This document shows positions 10,260 to 19,359 of a stretch of DNA of 64,000 nt, piece by piece. The position numbers were made by a program, and so were the translations under genes. This stretch comes from Oscillospiraceae bacterium. Its GTDB lineage: Bacteria; Bacillota; Clostridia; Oscillospirales; Oscillospiraceae. Below the pieces are notes generated by a model, which saw only the letters and a program-made list of their open reading frames with translations, was not told where the DNA came from and ran no database searches. Where the stretch lies: the NCBI GenBank assembly GCA_015067525.1, contig SVMH01000001.1, positions 16,959 through 80,958 of the forward strand, read 5' to 3'. Each line of letters starts with the position of its first letter. The first letter of the stretch is position 1.

Positions 10260-10916
10260 ATGGAATCTGTCAAATCACCCATTTTTGAAGGCATCAGCTG
10301 GGATGAGCGCCACTGCATGCGTGACTGTTTCGGCATGCGGGAGCAGAATTTCCGCGCCGAGGAAGTGGTTTATGAGTTCGATGCACCCGGCGGCATGATC
10401 GGCATCCTGACCGAGGGTACTGCCATTCTTGAGCGCATCGACGAAAACGGCAACCGCTCCATTCTGGAGCATCTGGGCACCGGCAGCGTATTCGGCGAGA
10501 TGCTGATGTTTGCCAATGTGGCCGGCGACCACATCGCCGTGGTGTGTGAAAAAGCCTGTCAGGTGTGGTTCATGCGGGGCGACCAGCTGACCAAGCGGTG
10601 CGAGAAGGCCTGCGACCACCACAGCCGCATGGTAGAGAATATGTTCCATCTGGTGGCGGAGAAGGCGACCATGCTTTCTGAGCGGGTGGAGATCCTCAGC
10701 CGCCGCAGCATTCGGGAAAAGCTGATGTGCTATTTTACCATGCAGTGCGCTAAGGTCAACGCCAACCGTTTTACGCTGCCCTTTTCTCTCAGCGCCCTGG
10801 CGGATTACATTTCCACCGACCGCAGCGCCATGATGCGCGAGCTGAAGAAGATGCGCGAAGAGGGTCTGGTGGAGGTGAACGGCCGGAAGGTGACGCTGCT
10901 GCGTCCGGCGTGTTAA
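10260..10916 (+). CDS. Crp/Fnr family transcriptional regulator
   Basis: cNMP-binding-like N domain (GSVFGE) and C-terminal HTH LADYISTDRSAMMRELKKM. Confidence 0.92.
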   Translation: MESVKSPIFEGISWDERHCMRDCFGMREQNFRAEEVVYEFDAPGGMIGILTEGTAILERIDENGNRSILEHLGTGSVFGEMLMFANVAGDHIAVVCEKACQVWFMRGDQLTKRCEKACDHHSRMVENMFHLVAEKATMLSERVEILSRRSIREKLMCYFTMQCAKVNANRFTLPFSLSALADYISTDRSAMMRELKKMREEGLVEVNGRKVTLLRPAC

Positions 10917-10961
10917 ATCCGTAACAAAGTGATTGACGGGTGCATACCCGTGTGATAAAAT
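10910..10961 (+). promoter_or_regulatory. Rex-like operator plus sigmaA promoter of nfnAB
   Basis: GTGTTAAATCCGTAACAA (10910-10927) matches TTGTTAANNNNTTAACAA with 2 mismatches; TTGACG(10933)-17-TAAAAT(10956). Confidence 0.65.
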
Positions 10962-11032
10962 GAAAGTAATGTGGCAAAGTTTGTGTGCTTGCCGCAATCA
11001 AGCAAGCCAGTAGAAGAAAGAGGGAATTGCTT

Positions 11033-11875
11033 ATGTATCGTATCGTTAACAAAGAAGCCCTGAAGCCTACCGTGATCCTGTATGAGATCGAGGCCCCCAT
11101 GGTGGCCAAGAAGGCCCAGCCCGGCCAGTTCATCATCCTGCGCGTGGATGAGAACGGCGAGCGTGTGCCCATCACCATCCATGACTATGACCGCGAGAAG
11201 GGCACCGTCACCATCATCGTCCAGACCGTGGGCGCCACCACCGAGAAGCTGAGCCACAAGCAGGCTGGCGACTACCTGCAGGACTTCGTCGGTCCTCTGG
11301 GTGTGCCTACCCACACCGAGGGTAAGAAGAAGGTCTGTGTCGTTGGCGGCGGCGTGGGCTGCGCCATTGCTTACCCCGTGCTGAAGAAGTTCCATGACTG
11401 CGGCGCCGAGGTGCACGCTGTCGTCGGCTTCAAGAATAAGGACGTTGTCATTCTGGAGGACAAGTTCAAGGCCGTCTCTTCCGTGCTGAAGGTCTGCACC
11501 GATGATGGCAGCTACGGCCAGAAGGGTCTGGTCACCGAGGCTCTGAAGGAGCTGCTGGATGCCGGCAATCAGTATGACGAGATCTTCGCCATCGGCCCCA
11601 TGGTCATGATGAAGTTCGTCTCCCTGACCACCAAGCCCTACGGCGTGCCCACCACCGTGTCCATGAGCCCCATCATGATCGACGGTACCGGCATGTGCGG
11701 CGGCTGCCGCCTGACCGTGGGCGGCGAGACCAAGTTCGCCTGCGTGGATGGCCCCGACTTCGACGGTCATCTGGTGGACTGGGATCTGGCTGTCAAGCGC
11801 AACCAGATGTATCGCGAATTTGAGATGCACAAGCACGAAGAGACTTGCAATCTCTATAAGCAGGAGGTTAAGTAA
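11033..11875 (+). CDS. nfnA: NADH-dependent ferredoxin:NADP oxidoreductase small subunit (NfnA/SudB-like)
   Basis: PGQFIILRV, GGGVGCA and the [2Fe-2S] motif DGTGMCGGCR...CVDGPDF. Confidence 0.88.
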   Translation: MYRIVNKEALKPTVILYEIEAPMVAKKAQPGQFIILRVDENGERVPITIHDYDREKGTVTIIVQTVGATTEKLSHKQAGDYLQDFVGPLGVPTHTEGKKKVCVVGGGVGCAIAYPVLKKFHDCGAEVHAVVGFKNKDVVILEDKFKAVSSVLKVCTDDGSYGQKGLVTEALKELLDAGNQYDEIFAIGPMVMMKFVSLTTKPYGVPTTVSMSPIMIDGTGMCGGCRLTVGGETKFACVDGPDFDGHLVDWDLAVKRNQMYREFEMHKHEETCNLYKQEVK

Positions 11876-11876
11876 G

Positions 11877-13271
11877 ATGGCTGTGAATATGCGTTTGGAT
11901 AAGAATCCCATGCCCTCTCAGGAGCCCGATGTCCGTAATCAGAACTTCCTGGAGGTGGCTCTGGGTTACACCGAGGAGCAGGCTCTGGATGAGGCTGCCC
12001 GCTGCCTGAACTGCAAGCTGAAGCCCTGCGTCAACGGCTGCCCCGTCAACGTCAAGATCCCCGAGTTCATCAAGAAGATCACCGAGCGCGACTACGAGGG
12101 CGCCTATCAGGTCATCCATGAGACCAGCTCCCTGCCCGCCGTGTGCGGCCGCGTCTGCCCCCAGGAGAGCCAGTGTGAGATGCACTGCGTCCGCGGCAAG
12201 AAGGGCGATCCCGTGGGTATCGGCCGTCTGGAGCGCTTTGTGGCTGACTGGCACAACGCCCACTGCACCGAGGCTCCCGTGAAGCCCGAGTCCAACGGCA
12301 AGAAGGTGGCCGTGGTGGGTTCTGGTCCTGCCGGCCTGACCTGCGCAGGCGACCTGGCCAAGAAGGGCTATGAGGTCACCGTGTTCGAGGCTCTGCATCT
12401 GGCCGGCGGCGTGCTGGTGTACGGCATCCCCGAGTTCCGTCTGCCCAAGGCCATCGTCCAGAAGGAAGTGGACGGTCTGAAGGCCATGGGCGTCAAGGTG
12501 GAGACCAATATGGTCATCGGCCGCGTCTGCTCCATCGATGAGCTGATGGAAGAGTACGGCTTCGAGGCCGTGTTCATCGGTTCCGGCGCAGGCCTGCCCA
12601 TGTTCATGAACATCCCCGGTGAGAACCTGAAGGGTGTTTACTCCGCTAACGAGTTCCTGACCCGTATCAACCTGATGAAGGCCTATCGTGAGGACAGCGA
12701 TACCCCCATCATGAACCTGAAGGGCAAGAAGGTGGCCGTGGTTGGCGGCGGCAACGTGGCTATGGACGCCGCCCGCTGCTCCAAGCGTCTGGGCGCCGAT
12801 GTGTACGTGGTGTACCGCCGCGGCATGGAAGAGCTGCCCGCCCGTCACGAGGAAGTGGAGCACGCCATTGAAGAGGGCATCATCTTCAAGACCCTCAATA
12901 ACCCCATCAAGATCAACGGCACTGACGACGGCTGCGTCGCCAGCATGACCTGCATCGAGATGGAGCTGGGTGAGCCCGATGCTTCCGGCCGCCGTCGTCC
13001 CATGGAGAAGGCCGGCAGCGAGTTCGATCTGGCTGTGGACTGCGTGATCATGTCCCTGGGCACCAGCCCCAACCCCCTCATCAAGTCCACCACCGCCGGC
13101 CTGGAGGTCAACCGCAAGGGCGGCATCGTGGTCAATGAGGATGGCCTGACCAGCCGCGCTGCTGTGTATGCCGGCGGTGACGCCGTCACCGGCGCTGCTA
13201 CCGTCATTCTGGCCATGGGTGCCGGCAAGCTGGGCGCCAAGTCCATCGACGAGTACCTGCAGAGCAAGTAA
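11877..13271 (+). CDS. nfnB: NfnB/SudA/GltD-like flavoprotein large subunit
   Basis: CLNC...CVNGCP, CGRVCPQESQCE, GSGPAG and GGGNVAMD; paired with nfnA. Confidence 0.88.
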   Translation: MAVNMRLDKNPMPSQEPDVRNQNFLEVALGYTEEQALDEAARCLNCKLKPCVNGCPVNVKIPEFIKKITERDYEGAYQVIHETSSLPAVCGRVCPQESQCEMHCVRGKKGDPVGIGRLERFVADWHNAHCTEAPVKPESNGKKVAVVGSGPAGLTCAGDLAKKGYEVTVFEALHLAGGVLVYGIPEFRLPKAIVQKEVDGLKAMGVKVETNMVIGRVCSIDELMEEYGFEAVFIGSGAGLPMFMNIPGENLKGVYSANEFLTRINLMKAYREDSDTPIMNLKGKKVAVVGGGNVAMDAARCSKRLGADVYVVYRRGMEELPARHEEVEHAIEEGIIFKTLNNPIKINGTDDGCVASMTCIEMELGEPDASGRRRPMEKAGSEFDLAVDCVIMSLGTSPNPLIKSTTAGLEVNRKGGIVVNEDGLTSRAAVYAGGDAVTGAATVILAMGAGKLGAKSIDEYLQSK

Positions 13272-13284
13272 GTGATACATAACG

Positions 13285-13316
13285 AAAGCGCCGACCGCAA
13301 GGTCGGCGCTTTTTTT
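13285..13316 (+). terminator. Terminator after nfnB
   Basis: AAAGCGCCGACC-gcaa-GGTCGGCGCTTTTTTT. Confidence 0.85.
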
Positions 13317-13369
13317 GTGTTGTTTTCGGAGAATGGGAGGTAATATAGCCCGGTCTCGGTGAGCTATGA

Positions 13370-14767
13370 TTAACTTTTGATTTGATTTTTTCTCCCCATC
13401 ACCAATCCAAATCCCATAATCACCATACTGGCGGCGATGCCGAGGAAGAGGGAGTCGATGGGGAAGACCTTCCACACGCCGAAGATCAGCACGATGACGG
13501 GACCCACGATGGCAGAGACGATGCAGTAGCGGCGGTGGATGCGTCCGGGCAGCCACAGCGCGCACAGGAGCGGCGTGAACACCACGGCGCCCCGCAGACC
13601 CATGGACATGAAGGCGAACTGCAAAATGGTGTCGCCCAGCGCGCCGCAGGAGAGGAGTCCTGCCGCCGCCAGCACCACCACGATCCACACCTTACCGAGG
13701 CGGGAGAGCTTTTTCTCGTCGTCAAAGCGGCGGGTGACGCGCTTCACAATATCGTTATTGAGGATGGTGGAGATACCCAGCGCCAGTCCAGCGCCGGTAC
13801 CCACCACCGCGATGAAGAGGGCGCCCAGAATCACGCCCGCCAGCAGCGGCGGCATATGGGCGGTGACGAAGGTGGTGAGGGCGGTCTTGGCCACCATGCC
13901 GGGGTACAGCGCGGCGTTGGCGCGCATATAAAGGCCGACGAGAATGCCGCCGATGCCGATAGGCGGAATGAGGAAGGCGGAGAGCAGCGCGCCGCCTACG
14001 CCGTCACGGTCGGTTTTGCCGGAGAGGACGCCCTGCGCGTAGGTCTGGGTGGTGAGCACGCCGAGGATGAGGGACAGGCACGCGCCGCCGTCGGTGCTGA
14101 CGCCCCGGGCGAAGAGTGAGAAAAAGCGCACGCCGTCGGGGTTATCGATGGCCTGCACCATGGCGGTAAAGGCGCCCGCGCCGCCCACCATGTGCAGCAC
14201 CAGCGCGCCGCAGGCGAGGACGGCAACATAGAGGAGCGCCATCTTCACGATGCCCACCATGCCGGTGCCCTTGGTGCCGCCGAAGATGACATAGAGCACC
14301 ATAAAGACCACAGACGCGGCCACGGCGGCCTCGAGGGTCATAGCGGGGAACACCACGGCGATGACGGCGGTGGCGGAGATGAGCTGGGAGATGATGTTGA
14401 TAAAAGTGCCGGTGGCGGAGAGGAGGGAGACGGTCATACCGGCGCCGTCGCCGTACTCGCGGCGGATGATGCCCACCAGCGTGGCACAGCCCGTGTGGCG
14501 CAGCGGTTTGGCGTACACCAGCGCCAGGATCAGGCAGGCGATACCGGCGCCCAGTGTAAACCACCAGGCGGACATGCCGTAGGTATAGGCCAGCTGCGCC
14601 GTGCCGATGGTAGACGAGCCGCCCACCAGCGTGCCCATGATGACGCCGGCCACCACGCCCAGGCCGTTCTGCCGCTGGCCGCTTTTCACTTGTGTGCCGG
14701 ACCAGACCGACAGGCCCACAATGGCCGCGAGGGTCACAGCAAGGCCGATATAAAGAAGAGGGTGCAT
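13370..14767 (-). CDS. Sodium:solute symporter family protein
   Basis: About 13 hydrophobic segments; GTLVGGSSTIGTAQLAY...WWF; promoter TTGCAT(14828)-17-TATAAT(14805) on the minus strand. Confidence 0.85.
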   Translation of the reverse strand: MHPLLYIGLAVTLAAIVGLSVWSGTQVKSGQRQNGLGVVAGVIMGTLVGGSSTIGTAQLAYTYGMSAWWFTLGAGIACLILALVYAKPLRHTGCATLVGIIRREYGDGAGMTVSLLSATGTFINIISQLISATAVIAVVFPAMTLEAAVAASVVFMVLYVIFGGTKGTGMVGIVKMALLYVAVLACGALVLHMVGGAGAFTAMVQAIDNPDGVRFFSLFARGVSTDGGACLSLILGVLTTQTYAQGVLSGKTDRDGVGGALLSAFLIPPIGIGGILVGLYMRANAALYPGMVAKTALTTFVTAHMPPLLAGVILGALFIAVVGTGAGLALGISTILNNDIVKRVTRRFDDEKKLSRLGKVWIVVVLAAAGLLSCGALGDTILQFAFMSMGLRGAVVFTPLLCALWLPGRIHRRYCIVSAIVGPVIVLIFGVWKVFPIDSLFLGIAASMVIMGFGLVMGRKNQIKS

Positions 14768-14882
14768 GCAATACGCCTCCGAAAAGAGCGTTTTTACCCA
14801 TTATAGACCCGTTGGGGGTGAGATGCAAGGTTTTGCCAAATCAAAACCCGACTGTCAGCCATGACAGTCGGGTTAGTCGTTT

Positions 14883-15770
14883 TTAATAGTCGATGGTGCC
14901 GTCGATGACGCGCAGGTCATAGGGCTCGAAGGTAACGTTGCGGTATTTCTCCACATCCATCATGACGCCGGTCCAGTCGGAGTGGATATCGCCGTTCTGC
15001 TTGATGAGGATATCGTAGAGGATGTCGTAGGTGACGCCGTTTTCGTCGGTCTCCACGATGGTGGAGTAGGGCAGGGTCTTGTGGTAGGTCATGTGCAGGC
15101 CCTTATACTCGAAGTGGAAGCCGTTGCGCATGCGGCAGCCGTCCAGACCCTTATAGGTGAACAGGCGCTTGAGATCCTGCAGGATGGGATCGTTCTCCTC
15201 CTCATACAGGTTCTCCGGCGTGGTCTCGGTGTAGTCGTAGCGGAACTGGATGGGGATGTTGTAGGGCAGGAAGCGCTCCACATACTCCGGCAGCTTGTGG
15301 GCGGGGTACTTCTTATACAGCACGCAGTTGATGCGGGTGCGGCAGGCGATGCGGCCGATGACCTCGTCGGGAGACTCCTCCACATACTTCTGCAGGTGGC
15401 GGGAGATGTTCATGCAGGTGATCTTATCCTTGTTGCGCTCGGTGAAGGCCAGCATCTCCTCGGCAGTATAGCGCTTCTGCACGGGGAAAGTGGTGTTGAT
15501 ATAGATCTTGTGGGTGCTGGGGATAGTGTCCAGCATCTTCTGCAGAGACTCCAGATCGGCCAGAGGCTCACCGCCGGTGAACACAAAGTCGCAGTAGGGG
15601 GTGATGGAGTCCATCACGCGGATGCTTTCGATGATCTTCTCCAGAGAGAAGCCGGAGCAGTCGGCATATTCTTTTTTATTGATACAGAAGGGGCAGTTGT
15701 TGTGGCAGTCGTAGGGTACGAACACGGTTACGGTGGCGCCGCCTTCACGGGTCTTGTAAGGGTTGCTCAT
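14883..15770 (-). CDS. Radical SAM protein of unknown function
   Basis: CHNNCPFC (CxxxCxxC) and FTGGEP; GGAGG RBS before the ATG at 15770. Confidence 0.88.
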   Translation of the reverse strand: MSNPYKTREGGATVTVFVPYDCHNNCPFCINKKEYADCSGFSLEKIIESIRVMDSITPYCDFVFTGGEPLADLESLQKMLDTIPSTHKIYINTTFPVQKRYTAEEMLAFTERNKDKITCMNISRHLQKYVEESPDEVIGRIACRTRINCVLYKKYPAHKLPEYVERFLPYNIPIQFRYDYTETTPENLYEEENDPILQDLKRLFTYKGLDGCRMRNGFHFEYKGLHMTYHKTLPYSTIVETDENGVTYDILYDILIKQNGDIHSDWTGVMMDVEKYRNVTFEPYDLRVIDGTIDY

Positions 15771-15858
15771 ATTTCGATTTTCAACCTCCAAATGAGATGT
15801 CCACCCGATATTGTATACCGAGTGGACAGAAAAAGCAAGGAAAATGTAAGAAAAAAGG

Positions 15859-15876
15859 TTGTTATTTGATTAACAA
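15859..15876. promoter_or_regulatory. Rex operator candidate upstream of the radical SAM gene
   Basis: TTGTTATTTGATTAACAA, 1 mismatch to TTGTTAANNNNTTAACAA; lies upstream of a TTGCTT-17-TACAAT promoter on the minus strand. Confidence 0.65.
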
Positions 15877-15919
15877 GCTTTTATTTTGGGGCCTTGAAGT
15901 TGCTGATTTGCCCCGCCCG

Positions 15920-16462
15920 TCAATAGTTGGGGTCGGCCAGCTCCTGCCGGATGCGGCGCAGGGCGGTTTCTTCGCCCTCTTCCTTCAGCAGCAGAAGCCA
16001 ACGGTCCAGCAGCTCACTGGTGTCGGGATGGATGAAAATGTGGCCCTTGGAGTGCTGAAAATAGTCGTAGGCCGAGGCATCGGTGTATTTGTCACCCTGA
16101 TAGACGCGGCAGGCGGCGATCCGGTCGCAGAACATCTCCGCCACGTACTTTTTGGGCATCTTGCACCCGCCCATGTACACACCGCCGCCGGGCTTGAGGC
16201 AGTAGTCGATCCAGTACTCGAAGTGGTGGCGGTTGCGGCCCTTGTGGTGCAGCCACGAGAGGCTGACGCCGTTGACGATGCGCTCCTGATCGTTGGGGCT
16301 GCGGAAACCCTGATAGTACTTCACGCTGCGCCAGAATTCGGTGGGGGAGTACTTGCTCAGATCGTGGGTCAGACCCTGCCAGTAGCGGCCCAGACGGAAG
16401 CAGTAGTGCCGCACCAGACGCCGGTGGCGGTTCACGGTGCGCAGATGGTCAAAAAAGTGCAT
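15920..16462 (-). CDS. HD-like protein (DUF5662-type)
   Basis: HDLSKYSPTEF, WLHHKGRNRHHFEYW and EMFCDRIAAC. Confidence 0.75.
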   Translation of the reverse strand: MHFFDHLRTVNRHRRLVRHYCFRLGRYWQGLTHDLSKYSPTEFWRSVKYYQGFRSPNDQERIVNGVSLSWLHHKGRNRHHFEYWIDYCLKPGGGVYMGGCKMPKKYVAEMFCDRIAACRVYQGDKYTDASAYDYFQHSKGHIFIHPDTSELLDRWLLLLKEEGEETALRRIRQELADPNY

Positions 16463-16555
16463 GGCAGGGCCCCCTTCGCGGAATAATAATTCATTATAAC
16501 ACAATTCCGCGCGAAAGAAAAGACCCCGCTTGCGCGGGGTCTGGGAGAGAAGAAG

Positions 16556-16753
16556 TTACAGGTTCTTCTCGTAGGACTCGATCATCTTCTTGACCATCTG
16601 GCCGCCCACGGAACCGGCCTCGCGGCTAGTCAGGTGACCGTTGTAGCCTTCCTTCAGGTTGACGCCAACCTCGTTGGCGGCCTCCATCTTGAACTTGTCC
16701 ATAGCGGCACGAGCCTCGGGGACATTCAGCTTGTTGGAATTCTTGCTGGACAT
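16556..16753 (-). CDS. Alpha/beta-type small acid-soluble spore protein
   Basis: FKMEAANEVGV...LTSREAGSVGGQMVKKMI. Confidence 0.95.
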   Translation of the reverse strand: MSSKNSNKLNVPEARAAMDKFKMEAANEVGVNLKEGYNGHLTSREAGSVGGQMVKKMIESYEKNL

Positions 16754-16815
16754 AATCGTTTACTCCTTTCGTTGTTTGTGGGCGCACGTCCGCGCCCGGT
16801 TGGGTATCGCAGACA

Positions 16816-16844
16816 TAGCATGTGCGGAGAAAATGCGAATATGC
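16816..16844 (-). promoter_or_regulatory. SigmaG-type promoter of the SASP gene
   Basis: GCATA-N17-CATGCTA on the minus strand. Confidence 0.7.
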
Positions 16845-16917
16845 CCTTGTCGATGTTGGTAATTTTTGCGGTGGAGCTGCGTGGAAAAGGCGGCCAAGAC
16901 GAGACAATGGGGCAACG

Positions 16918-16958
16918 GAAAACCCGGAGATGCACATACATCTCCGGGCTTCTTTTTT
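16918..16958. terminator. Terminator at the end of the nag/gal operon
   Basis: AAAACCCGGAGATG-cacata-CATCTCCGGGCTTCTTTTTT. Confidence 0.7.
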
Positions 16959-16969
16959 GATCACAAGGC

Positions 16970-17572
16970 TCAGCCGAAGAAAAACAGGCCGAAATCCTCA
17001 CAGCGGTGGAAGTTAGGCGTTTCGGAGTTGACGGCGTTCCAGCTGAGATAGTGGGGGTGATCCGTTAAATCGCCGCACTTGTAGCAGTTGCCGCGCAGCA
17101 GCGTGCCGCATTCATAGCGGAACTCGGGGTAGAACAGGCGCAAAAAGGCCAGGGGGATGCGGTAGGTCAGCGTCCAGCCGTCCTGCGTGCGTGCGGCGCG
17201 CACGTCAAAAAGCTGCTCCATGTTGCGGGGTACCAGCAGCGTGCGCAGACCCTCTGCCGGGCCAAAGCCAAGGCGGATGCAGGCGTTGGGGTTGATCTCC
17301 AGATTGAAATAGCGGCCGTCCTGAGCGGGGGCGAAGAAAAATTCCATGCAGCTGTCCTCGCAGACCTGCTGCAGTTGGCCGGTGTGCTCTGCGCGGATAT
17401 TGCGCTCCCACGCCTGCTGACGGACATAGAGATACTCGGCATCGTAGCACATCTGCTGCTCCATACGGACACCGGTATCCGGCAGCCACAGGACGTGGCC
17501 TACCGACAGGGCAGGAACTTCCGTCCACACCGGCTGACCGGCGTGGACGGGGGTGATGGTATAGCTGCGCAT
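16970..17572 (-). CDS. Carbohydrate-binding family 9-like (DOMON-like) protein
   Basis: VCEDSCMEFF, YFNLEINP, GNCYKCGD...PHYLSW and PNFH; no signal peptide. Confidence 0.8.
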   Translation of the reverse strand: MRSYTITPVHAGQPVWTEVPALSVGHVLWLPDTGVRMEQQMCYDAEYLYVRQQAWERNIRAEHTGQLQQVCEDSCMEFFFAPAQDGRYFNLEINPNACIRLGFGPAEGLRTLLVPRNMEQLFDVRAARTQDGWTLTYRIPLAFLRLFYPEFRYECGTLLRGNCYKCGDLTDHPHYLSWNAVNSETPNFHRCEDFGLFFFG

Positions 17573-18309
17573 TACTTCAGCAGGCTGGCGGCTGCCTCGT
17601 CCACGATGACGGTGCAGTCGGGGTGGAACTGCAGGATGGAGGCGGGGACCATGGGGGTCACAGGGCCGAAGAAGGACTTCTGGACGATCTCGGCCTTGTC
17701 CTTGCCGGTGGCGATCAGCAGCACCTTGCGGGCGGACATGACGGTGCCGCAGCCCATGGTGTAGGCGGCGGTGGGAACCTCGTCAATGGAGTCGAAGAAG
17801 CGCTTGTTGGCCTGACGGGTGATCTCCTCCAGCTCTACCTCGTGGGTGGCGGCGGGGAAGTGGTCGCAGGGCTCGTTGAAGCCGATGTGGCCGTCATGGC
17901 CGATGCCCAGCAGCTGGATATCCACGCCGCCCATGGCCTCGACAGCAGCCTCATAAGCGGCGCACATGGCCTCGGCATCCTCAGCCAGGCCGTCGGGCAC
18001 CATGGTGTTGGCGGGGTCGATGGAGATGTGGTTGAAGAGGTTTTCGTTCATGAAATAGCGGTAGCTCTGGGGGTGGTCACCGCTGAGGCCCTTGTACTCG
18101 TCCAGATTGGCGCTGCGGACCTGAGAGAAGTTGATGAGACCGGCCTTCTCGCGCTCGATCAGCTCACGGTACAGGGGCAGGGGGGTGGAGCCGGTGGCCA
18201 GACCCAGCACGCAGTCGGGCTTGGCGTTGATGAGCTCCTGGAAGATGTCGGCGGCCAGACGGCCTGCTTCGGCGGGATCCTTAGCGACGATCAGATTGAT
18301 ATGCAGCAT
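17572..18309 (-). CDS. nagB: Glucosamine-6-phosphate deaminase
   Basis: LGLATGSTP, NLDEY and GIGHDGHIGFNEP. Confidence 0.95.
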   Translation of the reverse strand: MLHINLIVAKDPAEAGRLAADIFQELINAKPDCVLGLATGSTPLPLYRELIEREKAGLINFSQVRSANLDEYKGLSGDHPQSYRYFMNENLFNHISIDPANTMVPDGLAEDAEAMCAAYEAAVEAMGGVDIQLLGIGHDGHIGFNEPCDHFPAATHEVELEEITRQANKRFFDSIDEVPTAAYTMGCGTVMSARKVLLIATGKDKAEIVQKSFFGPVTPMVPASILQFHPDCTVIVDEAAASLLK

Positions 18310-18339
18310 AAAATTACCTCCTGATTTTTGTCATGGTTG

Positions 18340-19359
18340 TTATTCATCATATCCGTTGGGATTTTTGCTCTGCCAGTTCCAGGTATCACGGCACATATCC
18401 ACCTGGTCGTATTGGGCCTCCCAGCCAAGTACCTCACGGCTCCTGGTGGGGTCTGCGTAGCAGGTGGCCAGGTCGCCGCTGCGGCGGGGGGCGATCGCAT
18501 AGGGGATAGCCACGCCGTTGGCCTGCTCAAAAGCTTTGACCATGTCCAGCACGCTGTAACCGCGGCCGGTGCCCAGATTGAACACGGCTTCGCCCTTATG
18601 CTCCATCATATAATTGGCGGCAGCCACATGGCCGCGGGCCAGATCCACCACGTGGATGTAGTCCCGCACGCCGGTGCCGTCGGGGGTGTCGTAGTCGTTG
18701 CCGAAGATGCTCAGTTTCTCCCGCTTACCGATGGCGGTCTGGGAGATGAAAGGCATCAGGTTATTGGGGATGCCGTTGGGATGCTCACCGATGAGGCCGC
18801 TTTGATGGGCGCCCACGGGGTTGAAGTAACGCAGCAGCACCACGGACCATTCGGAATCAGCCTTGGCTACATCACGCAGGATCTGCTCGCACATGTACTT
18901 GGTCCAGCCGTAGGGGTTGGTGCAGTTGCCGGTTTTGGAATCCTCCCGCAGGGGCATCTCGTTGTCACCGGAATAGACGGTGGCAGAAGAGGAGAAGATG
19001 ATCTTCTTTACGCCGTGGCGGCCCATGACACGGCAGAGGGTCATGGTGGAAAGGAGATTGTTGTAGTAGTACTCCAACGGCTTTGCCACGCTTTCGCCCA
19101 CGGCCTTGAGGCCGGCGAAGTGGATGACACAGGCGATATCGGGATTTTGGGCAAAGACGCGCTCCAGCAGCGCCTCGTCACATACATCGCCCTCGATGAA
19201 GGGCACTTCACGGCCGGTGATCTGCGCCACGCGGCGTAGGCTTTCGGGGTTGGAGTTGCACAGGTTATCCAGTACAACAGGCTGATGGCCGGCTTCGATC
19301 AGCTCCACGCAGGTATGGCTGCCGATATAGCCGGTGCCGCCGGTGACAAGGACCTTCAT
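18340..19359 (-). CDS. galE: UDP-glucose/UDP-GlcNAc 4-epimerase
   Basis: TGGTGYIGSH, SSSATVY and YGWTK; Cys gatekeeper in GDLATCYAD. Confidence 0.95.
   Translation of the reverse strand: MKVLVTGGTGYIGSHTCVELIEAGHQPVVLDNLCNSNPESLRRVAQITGREVPFIEGDVCDEALLERVFAQNPDIACVIHFAGLKAVGESVAKPLEYYYNNLLSTMTLCRVMGRHGVKKIIFSSSATVYSGDNEMPLREDSKTGNCTNPYGWTKYMCEQILRDVAKADSEWSVVLLRYFNPVGAHQSGLIGEHPNGIPNNLMPFISQTAIGKREKLSIFGNDYDTPDGTGVRDYIHVVDLARGHVAAANYMMEHKGEAVFNLGTGRGYSVLDMVKAFEQANGVAIPYAIAPRRSGDLATCYADPTRSREVLGWEAQYDQVDMCRDTWNWQSKNPNGYDE

Noticed and set aside
11877-13271. Glutamate synthase small subunit (gltD) annotation
   Set aside because: There is no gltB nearby, and pairing with an NfnA/SudB-type gene indicates NfnAB.
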